A DNA stretch of 51,886 nucleotides from a virus. Lineage: Duplodnaviria > Caudoviricetes. Positions 32,165 to 40,059 of this stretch are shown here, in pieces. The stretch covers positions 1 to 51,886 of IMG/VR virus record IMGVR_UViG_3300037478_000544; one strand, given 5' to 3'. Within the stretch, counting starts at the first letter, position 1, and every line of letters begins with the position of its first letter. The position numbers and the translations under genes are program-made. The notes beneath the pieces were generated by a model. That model made no database searches. It was not told the DNA's origin and saw only the letters and a program-made list of their open reading frames with translations.

Positions 32165-32307
32165 ACCCATGATGGCAATCCCAGCTCTGCGGAGCCCTTC
32201 ACAGAGTCTCGCATGCGGCGTAACGTCGCGTGCAGGAAAGACAGCGGCCCCGGGCGGCGCGTTACCGCCAACCCGGGACCTTGGCCCCTAACTGGGAGGG
32301 ACCCGAC

Positions 32308-32529
32308 ATGACCCTACCGACCGGTTGGCATCGTTGCATCCGTTGCACGATCGCCAGCGAGCTTGATCCTCGCGGCATCTGCTGGCGCTGTTCACCAGAC
32401 GTCGGAACGTGCGCAGTCTGTAACGAACCCATGGAGCTGGTCGAAGATCCGGACTCCACCTATTGGGCGCACCTGGGCAACCCGGCCGGTGTTGAGCACG
32501 GCGCGACCGCCGGGCGGATCGGCTCATGA
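32308..32529 (+). CDS. Cys-rich hypothetical protein
   Basis: GGGAGG RBS; three CxxC motifs. Confidence 0.6.
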   Translation: MTLPTGWHRCIRCTIASELDPRGICWRCSPDVGTCAVCNEPMELVEDPDSTYWAHLGNPAGVEHGATAGRIGS

Positions 32530-32762
32530 TCATTCGGGTGGAGATCGTCAACGGCGACGAGGTCGCCCAGCGGATCGCCGAGATCCTGGCCAACAAGCTG
32601 GATAAGATCACAAATGTTGACGACGTCGCGAATACTGATCTTGGCAGCGACGTCTACGAGCGGGAGCTCAAGCCCGACCACGGGCTGCCGTACCAGCGGG
32701 GTGTCCGCCACGGCGGGGTGGTCGACGGCGGCGGGCTGGTCGACGAGACCACCGCCCCGTAG
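32526..32762 (+). CDS. Hypothetical protein
   Basis: ATGA coupling; ends before a terminator. Confidence 0.5.
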   Translation: MIIRVEIVNGDEVAQRIAEILANKLDKITNVDDVANTDLGSDVYERELKPDHGLPYQRGVRHGGVVDGGGLVDETTAP

Positions 32763-32769
32763 CACCCAT

Positions 32770-32810
32770 GCAACCGGCCCTGCTCTCCACGGGGGAGCAG
32801 GGCCGGTTGC
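32770..32810. terminator. Stem-loop between convergent genes
   Basis: Perfect 16-bp arms GCAACCGGCCCTGCTC / GAGCAGGGCCGGTTGC. Confidence 0.75.
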
Positions 32811-32817
32811 TGAGTTC

Positions 32818-33642
32818 TCACTCCTCCAGGCTGGCGGCGGCCGCCTGCAGCCGGGGCAGGTCACGGGCCTCCTGCTCGAGCACCGCTCGGTACGCGGACG
32901 TGTCCCAGTACGCGTCGACCGCGTCGGTGAACAGCTGGTGCAGGTCGTCCGGGTCGAGCGCGTCCAGCTCCACCTGCACCAGCGCGCCGTGGCGGGCGAT
33001 GAACCCGGCTGCCCGCGAGTCGGTGAGCTTGCCCGGGTTGACCGGCAGCCTGTACTCCTGGACCTGCTCGGCGGACAGTGCGACCCGCACCACCTTCGAC
33101 CAGCAGCCGGTGCGGTCCAGGAAGTCCCGGTCGATGTCCTCCCCGGACGGGTCGAAGTCACCGGCGTACAGCAGCACCGCCGGCCGGGCGGCGCCCGACA
33201 CGTCCACGACCACGTCGCCCACGTAGCTCTGGGACGAGTAGCCGCCCAGGGCCAGGATCGGGATGCCGAGGTCGCCGAACCAGTGCTCCAACTGGTCGAC
33301 CATGCCGGCCTTCTCCACCCCCAGGTAGAGGGACACGTCCTGGCCGCGGGTCCGGTCGAGGCGGTACCAGCCGATCAGCCGGGCCATCGCATCCTCCGGG
33401 CTGTCGAACTGCTGGTAGCGGTGGATGGCCCGGCCGCGGTCGATCAGGTCGGGGAACTCGTCGGCGCGGCGGGCTTCGGCGGTGACCCTGGACAGCCCCT
33501 TGTACGCGGTGGTGGTGTTCGGCAGGACCTGCTGGGAGACCAGCCGGTAGAACAGCTGGCGCAGGGTCACCGACGTGTCGTAGGAGCGGACGATGACGGA
33601 GGCCCGGTCGAGGATGGCCGGCCAGTCGATACGGCGGCTCAC
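32818..33642 (-). CDS. Spo11/TopoVI-A/JetD-like wHTH-TOPRIM protein
   Basis: TLRQLFYRL, GVEK, GGYSS, YAGDFDPSG, VELDAL motifs. Confidence 0.8.
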   Translation of the reverse strand: MSRRIDWPAILDRASVIVRSYDTSVTLRQLFYRLVSQQVLPNTTTAYKGLSRVTAEARRADEFPDLIDRGRAIHRYQQFDSPEDAMARLIGWYRLDRTRGQDVSLYLGVEKAGMVDQLEHWFGDLGIPILALGGYSSQSYVGDVVVDVSGAARPAVLLYAGDFDPSGEDIDRDFLDRTGCWSKVVRVALSAEQVQEYRLPVNPGKLTDSRAAGFIARHGALVQVELDALDPDDLHQLFTDAVDAYWDTSAYRAVLEQEARDLPRLQAAAASLEE

Positions 33643-33977
33643 GACGTCACCCCGTTCGACTCCGCCACGTCCGCGGCGACGAGCAGCGCCGCCGCCACCT
33701 CCCGCGCCGTCTGTGCGGTCATCAGCTCGCCACCGTCGGCGGTGACCTCGGCGGGCCCGCGGGTGCCGGCGGTCAGGTCGTCGGTGATCGCCACGGACAC
33801 GGCCACCGTCTTACCCTCACCGCAGGACGGGTTGGGCAGGGTGATGATCGTGCATGCGTGAGTGCGCAGATCGAACACGGTGAATCCGTCGGCGCTGACG
33901 TACCGGTCGAAGCGGTCGTGCCTGGCATGGTCAGTCGTGCACCACGCCGGGCAGGGGAGTGTGGTTGGCTTGGACAT
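33639..33977 (-). CDS. Hypothetical protein (CPAWC...H N-terminus)
   Basis: GGAGG RBS; coupled to the TOPRIM gene. Confidence 0.7.
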   Translation of the reverse strand: MSKPTTLPCPAWCTTDHARHDRFDRYVSADGFTVFDLRTHACTIITLPNPSCGEGKTVAVSVAITDDLTAGTRGPAEVTADGGELMTAQTAREVAAALLVAADVAESNGVTS

Positions 33978-34109
33978 TGGGGACCTCCGTGTGGTCTCCA
34001 GGCCCCGGGACCGGTGCGGAACACACCACCCGGGGCCGTTCTAGTAGATGAGGCCAAGCCTGACCTTTGCACTGGCGAAAGTCAAGCTCGATCGTGTTTA
34101 ATGTTCGAC

Positions 34110-35531
34110 ATGACCACCAAGGCAGCAATCTACTGCAGGATCAGCCGAGACCGTGAGGGCAGGGAGACCGGCGTCGCCCGTCAGGAGGCCGAATGCCGCG
34201 AGCTGGCCGGCCGGATCGGCGCCGAGGTGGTCGAGGTGCTCGTCGACAACGACACGTCCGCGTCCTCGAAGTCCCGCCGGCCGCGCCCGGCGTACGCCGC
34301 GCTGCTCGACGGGGCCCGGGCCGACCGGTGGCAGCTGATCATCGCCTGGTCGTCCAGCAGACTCACCCGCCGGCCGCTCGAGCTGGAAGGACAGATCCAG
34401 CTGGCCGAGCAGCACGGCACCCGCTACGCATACGTGAAGTCGCCCAGCTTCGATCTGAACATCGCACAGGGGCGGATGGTCGCCCGGACGCTGGCCGCGG
34501 TCGACGCGTCCGAGGCTGAGACGACCGCCGAGAGGCTCGAGGCCCAGAAGCGGCAGGCTGCCGCGGCCGGGCAGTGGCGCGGCGGGCGGCGTCCGTATGG
34601 CTACCAGGCCGACGGGGTCACCCTGGAGCCGGTCGAGGCTGCCAACATCGCCTGGGCGACCCGCCAGGTGCTGCTGGGCGCCTCCTTGAGGTCATTGGCG
34701 GCTGAGCTGAACCAGCGTGGCGCCACCACCTCCACCGCCCGGGCCTGGACCGGCACCGAACTCCGGCGGGCGCTGCTGCGCGCGCGGAACTGCGCGTTGG
34801 TCGAGTCGAGAGGTGAGATCATCGGCGAGGCGATCTGGCCGGCGATCGTCGGCAGGCCGGAGTGGGAGGCGGCGCGCCGCGTCCTCACCGACCTGGGCCG
34901 GATGGTCAACAAGGCCGGCAACGCGCGGCGCTGGCTCGGCTCTGGTCTCTACCGGTGTGGGGCGTGCGCGCCAGACGTGGTGACCGTCAGATGCTCCGTG
35001 TCTGGATCCGGCCGGGCCAGCGCGGGCCCTACCTACTTCTGCCGCAAGATCAAGCACCTCACACGTCATGCTGCGCTCACCGACCAGACGGTCCGGAAGG
35101 CCGTGCTCGGCTGGATCGCCCGGCCGGAGGTGGCGCAGCAGCTGGTGGTCAAGGAAGGCGTCAACGTCGAAGCGTTGGATCAGCGGGAGCGGGAGATCAA
35201 CAACGCGCTGGACGAGTCAGCTGAGATGTTCGCCGCCAGGACCTGGACCCGGGCTCGGGTGGAGCGGATCGCGGCGCGGCTCAACGCCGAGCTGGACGGG
35301 ATCCAGGAGCAGCGGGTGCAGGCCGCGGCCGGCCACCCTGCTGCCGTGCTGGTTGGCGTCGACGACATCGAGGCCGCGTTCGAGTCGCTGGACGTGTCGC
35401 GCCAGCAGGCGATCGTCGACTCGCTCTGCACTGTCGTCCTGCTACCGGCGCCGCGGGGCCGGCCTGCCGGCTGGCGACCCGGCGAGCACTACTTCGCCCC
35501 GCAGACGGTCGACATCCAGTGGCGGAATTAG
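34110..35531 (+). CDS. Large serine recombinase (phiRv1-like integrase)
   Basis: AAIYCRISRD...GVARQ...DNDTSAS...RPAY...SRLTRRPLELE...QGRMVAR, RPYGY, zinc ribbon. Confidence 0.95.
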   Translation: MTTKAAIYCRISRDREGRETGVARQEAECRELAGRIGAEVVEVLVDNDTSASSKSRRPRPAYAALLDGARADRWQLIIAWSSSRLTRRPLELEGQIQLAEQHGTRYAYVKSPSFDLNIAQGRMVARTLAAVDASEAETTAERLEAQKRQAAAAGQWRGGRRPYGYQADGVTLEPVEAANIAWATRQVLLGASLRSLAAELNQRGATTSTARAWTGTELRRALLRARNCALVESRGEIIGEAIWPAIVGRPEWEAARRVLTDLGRMVNKAGNARRWLGSGLYRCGACAPDVVTVRCSVSGSGRASAGPTYFCRKIKHLTRHAALTDQTVRKAVLGWIARPEVAQQLVVKEGVNVEALDQREREINNALDESAEMFAARTWTRARVERIAARLNAELDGIQEQRVQAAAGHPAAVLVGVDDIEAAFESLDVSRQQAIVDSLCTVVLLPAPRGRPAGWRPGEHYFAPQTVDIQWRN

Positions 35532-35580
35532 TGTGACGGACGACACATTTCTCGGGCCTGTGTAAGTCATAAGGGTCCAT

Positions 35581-36065
35581 GTGACACGGAGTAACTGTCA
35601 CGCTGAGTGTGACAGTTACCCGCAAAATCCCTACAGAGAGTGACAACCGGCAAAACTCCTCATTGTGGTCGTTATCCCCGACCTCCGGTGCGTTTAATGT
35701 GCCGGCACAGGTAGTTGAGTCGCTTGGCGACTAGCGAACTACACGGATGTCACCATCCGTAACGTACGCAGCATCGAGGCCGGTGAACGGGTTCTGTCCA
35801 CCACCTGTGGACAACCCACCGGACGCCAAGCGGTCACGCAACACGGCGCGCCCGACGGCGGCGCAGGCATGGCATACTGTGCAGCGAAGAACGAGGCCAC
35901 ACTCAGGTGGCCCCGTCCCCGACAAAGCCCGAACCCCCGCTCTCCAGCAGAAGGTGTCAGACCCGAAGATCGTCCAGCGCTCAAACACTGAACGATCCGT
36001 TGTCAATGTCAACGTAGCAAGAAGTTGACACCATGACAATGCCGTTGGCAATGGCAGTTGCCAAC
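35581..36065. promoter_or_regulatory. Probable early control region with several inverted repeats
   Basis: GTAACTGTCAC-N7-GTGACAGTTAC (35591-35619); TGTCAAC-N10-GTTGACA (36007-36030); GTTGGCAA-N6-TTGCCAAC (36044-36065). Confidence 0.6.
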
Positions 36066-36109
36066 AGGTGTCTTTCCCCTGCGAGCGGGTCTACCCCAGG
36101 GGAGGACCC

Positions 36110-36442
36110 GTGGCAGCCCGCGATCCTGAAATCCGGCGCGCCAGCGCGCGCCTGGCCGGCGCCATCCGCGTCGCCGGCCTCGACGCCGACGGCCGCCGGG
36201 CGATGAACGAGCCCGCCCGCGCCGCACTCGCACAGATGTACCGCGACCGCGCCCGCCAGGAGCTCGGCCCCGACGCCGCCACCGCGGACGTCGACCGGCG
36301 GGCAACAGACCTGCGCCGGGTTGACCTGCGCCGCGCCGCACTCGCCTCCGCCCAGGCCCGCCGTGCTCGTCATGAAGCCGAGCTCGCCGTCCAGGAGACC
36401 GCCGAGCTCGACCAGCTGCTCGCCGCCGAGACGCAGCCGTGA
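36110..36442 (+). CDS. Arg/Ala-rich helical protein typical of actinobacterial integrative elements
   Basis: GGAGG RBS before the GTG; precedes the RDF-like gene. Confidence 0.7.
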   Translation: MAARDPEIRRASARLAGAIRVAGLDADGRRAMNEPARAALAQMYRDRARQELGPDAATADVDRRATDLRRVDLRRAALASAQARRARHEAELAVQETAELDQLLAAETQP

Positions 36443-36591
36443 CCGCGATCGACGCCTACGTGCGCCGGCTGGTCGATGCCGCACCTCCACCGACACCGGA
36501 GCAGCTCGCCCTCCTGCGCGGCCTGCTTGGCCCCGCCCTGGCCGCGGCCCGACCTGCTCCCCGATGCCGCCCGCGGCCCGCCCGACCCTGA
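36439..36591 (+). CDS. Putative RDF (Rv1584c-like), 50 aa, not in the ORF track
   Basis: DAYVRRLVDAAPPPTPEQLALLRGLL; GTGA coupling; similar to 2093-2287. Confidence 0.65.
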   Translation: MTAIDAYVRRLVDAAPPPTPEQLALLRGLLGPALAAARPAPRCRPRPARP

Positions 36592-36650
36592 ATGACACGG
36601 GCCCGGGCCGTTGACGCGACCCGGGCAGCTCCCTCGAAAGGACGCTTTGG

Positions 36651-36962
36651 ATGATACAGGAAACCTGCAGCGGGGGGCTATCCACGCTGTGCACCGACTG
36701 CGGCATCGACACCCTCCCCGTGGACGCCCCGCGGGCCGAGTACTACATGATCCGGCGCGACCTGTGGCGACGCCACTGCTCCGACGCACGGTTCCTTTGC
36801 GTCGGCTGCCTGGAGTCCCGGATCGGACGCGAGCTGACCGGCTGGGACTTCATCGACGCCCCGGTCAACGACCTTCGCCTTTGCGAAGGTCGCTACGCCT
36901 GGTCGTGGCGCACACCGCGGCTGGTCGACCGGCTCAGCCGGTGGGGTGGTGGGTCGCAATGA
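36651..36962 (+). CDS. Zn-binding hypothetical phage protein
   Basis: CTDC...EYYM...W...LCVGCLE.RIGR.L...DF. Confidence 0.7.
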   Translation: MIQETCSGGLSTLCTDCGIDTLPVDAPRAEYYMIRRDLWRRHCSDARFLCVGCLESRIGRELTGWDFIDAPVNDLRLCEGRYAWSWRTPRLVDRLSRWGGGSQ

Positions 36963-38278
36963 CGATCACCCCGACCGCCCAACAGGCCCAGGCCCTGGGC
37001 AAGATCACGAGTTGGTTCGCAGACCCGAATCGGCAAGTCTTCCGGCTGTTCGGCTACGCCGGCACCGGGAAAACCTCGCTGGCGCAGCACCTGGTCAACG
37101 AGCTCGGCGTCACGAACGTCTGCTACGGCGCGTTCACCGGCAAAGCCGCGTTCGTGATGGCGCAGAAGGGCTGCGTCGGCGCCTCCACCCTGCACCGGCT
37201 GATCTACATCCCGCAGGAGAAGGCCCAGGCCAAGCTACGGGCGCTGCTCACCGAACTGGACACCGAAACCGACCCGGACAAGCAGGCGATCCTCGACAAG
37301 CAGATCAAGATCGAGAAGCAGCGGCTCGAGACCCCGGACTGGATTCTGCGGGAACCAGACGAAACCGAGCTGTCCACCACCGACCTGCTCGTCGTCGACG
37401 AGGTGTCGATGGTCGCCACCGCCATGGCCGCAGACCTCCTGTCCTTCGGAACCAAGGTGTTGGTGCTGGGCGACCCGGCGCAGCTGCCACCGGTCGACGG
37501 CGGCGGCTACTTCATCCACGCCCAGCCGGATCACCTGTTGACGGAGATCCACCGGTCGGCGCTGGACAGCCCGGTCACCCGGCTGGCCACCGCAGTCCGC
37601 GGATCGGCCACCGGGGACCGCAGCTACGGCATCGCCGGCCTCGACGGCGATAGCGGCCGCACCGACCGGATCACCATCGCCGAACTGCTCCAATTCGATC
37701 AGGTTCTGGTGGGGACCAACAAGTCCCGTTGGCAGACCATCCACCTGTTGCGGGCGTTGCGTGGCCGCGTCGGAGAGGAGCCGACCCCCGGCGACCGGAT
37801 CATCATCTTGTCCAACTCCGGCGACGCCGAGGTGTTCAACGGCCAGCAGTTCAACGTCCTCGGGTGTGTGCCGCACACCCGGCGTGACGACCAGCTGAAC
37901 CTGCACGTGGCCGACGACGAAGGCGCCACCCGGCACCTGACCGCGTGGCGTGCTGGTTTCACCAACCTTGAGGGGGAGAGGCAGGCGAAGCGGGACGGCC
38001 GCGGGTCGGTCGTGGCCGCGACCTTCGGGCAGGCGATCACCGTGCACAAGGCGCAGGGCTCGCAGTGGGACAGGGTGCTCGTCGTCGACGAGTCGGCCGT
38101 GTTCGCCGGCATGGAAGCCAGGGAGAAGGCCCGGGCGCGGGCCGGCGCCGGACTGCCCGACAACGGCGAGGCAGCCGCAGTTGGACACGTCGCCGGCCGC
38201 CGGTGGCTGTACACCGCGGTCACCCGGGCCGCCCAGCAGGTGGTCATCGCTCCGGGAATTCGGGGGCTACTGCGATGA
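36959..38278 (+). CDS. SF1B (Dda/RecD2-like) DNA helicase
   Basis: GYAGTGKT, VDEVSM, GDPAQLPPV, TVHKAQGSQW, YTAVTRA. Confidence 0.93.
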   Translation: MTITPTAQQAQALGKITSWFADPNRQVFRLFGYAGTGKTSLAQHLVNELGVTNVCYGAFTGKAAFVMAQKGCVGASTLHRLIYIPQEKAQAKLRALLTELDTETDPDKQAILDKQIKIEKQRLETPDWILREPDETELSTTDLLVVDEVSMVATAMAADLLSFGTKVLVLGDPAQLPPVDGGGYFIHAQPDHLLTEIHRSALDSPVTRLATAVRGSATGDRSYGIAGLDGDSGRTDRITIAELLQFDQVLVGTNKSRWQTIHLLRALRGRVGEEPTPGDRIIILSNSGDAEVFNGQQFNVLGCVPHTRRDDQLNLHVADDEGATRHLTAWRAGFTNLEGERQAKRDGRGSVVAATFGQAITVHKAQGSQWDRVLVVDESAVFAGMEAREKARARAGAGLPDNGEAAAVGHVAGRRWLYTAVTRAAQQVVIAPGIRGLLR

Positions 38279-38472
38279 ACAGCCACAACGACCTGGCCGC
38301 GCTGATCGCCACCCTGCACACGACCAGCACGGTGGCGCAGCCTGCGCCACGGCTGATGCTGTGCTGCGGCGAAAGGCCGGTCGGACGCAAAGATCAACCG
38401 CTGGTGCTGTCATGCCAACTATGTCCCCGGTCGTCCACCTACTGGCGGCGTGGGGAGGTTCGACCGTTATGA
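38275..38472 (+). CDS. Small Cys-containing protein
   Basis: ATGA coupling at both ends; CC...CQLC. Confidence 0.65.
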   Translation: MNSHNDLAALIATLHTTSTVAQPAPRLMLCCGERPVGRKDQPLVLSCQLCPRSSTYWRRGEVRPL

Positions 38473-39329
38473 ACAGCTCAACCGACCTCGCCGCGCTGGT
38501 GGCCAGTGTCACCACCACGCCCACGCCAGCATCGCAAGCTCCACCACCATCCACGGTGGAAGAAATGCGCGAGGTGCTCACCTCACTGGATGCCGCTCGC
38601 CCCCGCAGCCAGCAGACCACCCTCGGCCCCTCCGAGCTGGGCACCCCCTGCCAGCGGCAACTCGCCATGAAACTCGCTGACCTCCCCCGCCAGCTGCCCG
38701 ACCAACGGCCGCCGTGGGGATCGATGCAGGGCACCGCCATGCACGTGTTGATGGAGCACGCGCTGCGGCACCACAACGCGCAGCTGGGCCGGGAACGGTG
38801 GCTGGTCGAGCAGCGGGTGCAGGTTGATACCGAGATCGCCGGCGCTGGCGACGCCTACGACCTCGACAACCAGATGGTCGTCGACTGGAAGTACGTCGGC
38901 ATCACCGCCCGCCGAAAAGCCAGCCGGGTACGGGTACCCCACGACCAGCTCGTGACGCCCGACTACCGGGTGCAGGCTCACCTGTACGGCTACGGGCATG
39001 CCCGTGCCGGTCGTGACGTCCGTTGGGTTCGTCTCGTGCTGCTGGCCCGTAGCCACAACTACGACGACAGTACGGAATGGACTGAGGCGTACCAGCCGGA
39101 GATCGCCATACAAGCGTTGGACCGCTACTACGCCACACAAGACCTGATCAGCCCCACCGGGCTCGACCTGGCCACCAACCCGGTCCTGTGGGCTGCGGTA
39201 CCAGCCGCACCCGGCGACTCTTGCGACTGGTGTCCCTTCAGGAGGGCGGGAGGGTCGGCGGACAACACCGGCTGCCCCGGCAACACACAAACCCGAATTG
39301 ACAAGCAAACCGCAGGCATCATCGCCTGA
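38469..39329 (+). CDS. Cas4-like PD-(D/E)XK exonuclease
   Basis: GPSELG..C.RQL, GTAMH, VVDWK, Q.HLYG, CDWCPF...C. Confidence 0.85.
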   Translation: MNSSTDLAALVASVTTTPTPASQAPPPSTVEEMREVLTSLDAARPRSQQTTLGPSELGTPCQRQLAMKLADLPRQLPDQRPPWGSMQGTAMHVLMEHALRHHNAQLGRERWLVEQRVQVDTEIAGAGDAYDLDNQMVVDWKYVGITARRKASRVRVPHDQLVTPDYRVQAHLYGYGHARAGRDVRWVRLVLLARSHNYDDSTEWTEAYQPEIAIQALDRYYATQDLISPTGLDLATNPVLWAAVPAAPGDSCDWCPFRRAGGSADNTGCPGNTQTRIDKQTAGIIA

Positions 39330-39346
39330 ACGAGAAAGGAAACACA

Positions 39347-39973
39347 ATGTCCGACGGCAACGACCTGTTGATGGGTAGCGGGGGCAAAGGCGCCAAGTTC
39401 GAAACGATGGGGGACACGGTGGTGGGTACCGTCGCCGACACCCCGAAGAAGCAGCAGATGAAGAAGTGGAAGTCGACCGAACTGGACTTCTGGCCCAGCG
39501 GCGACCCGAAAATGCAGGTGATAGTCACACTGCAGACCGACCAGCGTGACCCTGGCAACCCGCAGGACGACGGCAAGCGGGTCCTGTTCATCCCGCCACG
39601 GATGCAGGCGCCGGTACGCGAGGCCGTCCAGCGTGCCAACGCAAAGGGCCTGCAAATCGGTGGACGGCTCGCCGTCCGCTGGGTCTCCGGCGCAGGCCAG
39701 GTCGAAGGCGACCCGAAGGTGTACGCAGCCGAATATGCGCCACCCACGGTCGAAGTAGGCGGACTGATCAACGGTGGCCAGACGGCCACCACCACACCGG
39801 CACCGGAACCTGCCCCGGCGGCAGCACCGGCGGCCGGGTCGATGCTGTCGGCCCCGCCGGTAAGCCAGCAGGACCCGCCAGCCGGGGTCGACCCCGCCCT
39901 GTGGGCCGGGCTTCCCGACGCCCAGCGGCAGGCCATCCTGGCCGCCGTCGGGCAGCAGCAGTACGCCTTCTAA
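39347..39973 (+). CDS. Putative single-stranded DNA-binding protein
   Basis: AKF...GDTV.G, W.SGDPKMQ..VTLQT...DDG.R.L; Pro/Ala tail; lies between exonuclease and primase. Confidence 0.65.
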   Translation: MSDGNDLLMGSGGKGAKFETMGDTVVGTVADTPKKQQMKKWKSTELDFWPSGDPKMQVIVTLQTDQRDPGNPQDDGKRVLFIPPRMQAPVREAVQRANAKGLQIGGRLAVRWVSGAGQVEGDPKVYAAEYAPPTVEVGGLINGGQTATTTPAPEPAPAAAPAAGSMLSAPPVSQQDPPAGVDPALWAGLPDAQRQAILAAVGQQQYAF

Positions 39974-39982
39974 CCAACCCCC

Positions 39983-40017
39983 GGGCCCGACGCCACCCAC
40001 CAGGTGGCGTCGGGCCC
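39983..40017. terminator. GC-rich stem-loop
   Basis: Perfect 15-bp arms GGGCCCGACGCCACC / GGTGGCGTCGGGCCC. Confidence 0.65.
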
Positions 40018-40059
40018 CGCAACCCGCAACCGTCAAGTCCACACCGGGAGAGGCCCCAC

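Larger units (their letters stand above)
127..34000 (+). mobile_element. Prophage 1, apparently complete siphovirus-like element (~34 kb)
   Basis: Integrase, replication, packaging, head, tail and lysis modules are all present. The left end is inferred from the DUF222 truncation; the right end is not resolved. Confidence 0.85.

Noticed and set aside
32818-33642. Wadjet defence system
   Set aside because: Only a JetD-like TOPRIM gene is present; there is no SMC-like jetABC.
115-34112. TCGACATG shared near both integrase starts as a common att core
   Set aside because: Only 8 bp with dissimilar flanks; not enough to call att sites.
35806-35814. TGTGGACAA, an actinobacterial DnaA-box match
   Set aside because: Single copy, plausible by chance; not an oriC-like cluster.
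38469-39329. Cas4-like gene and GAAAC-ended palindromes as a CRISPR system
   Set aside because: No repeat-spacer array and no other cas genes; stand-alone Cas4-like exonucleases are common in phage replication modules.
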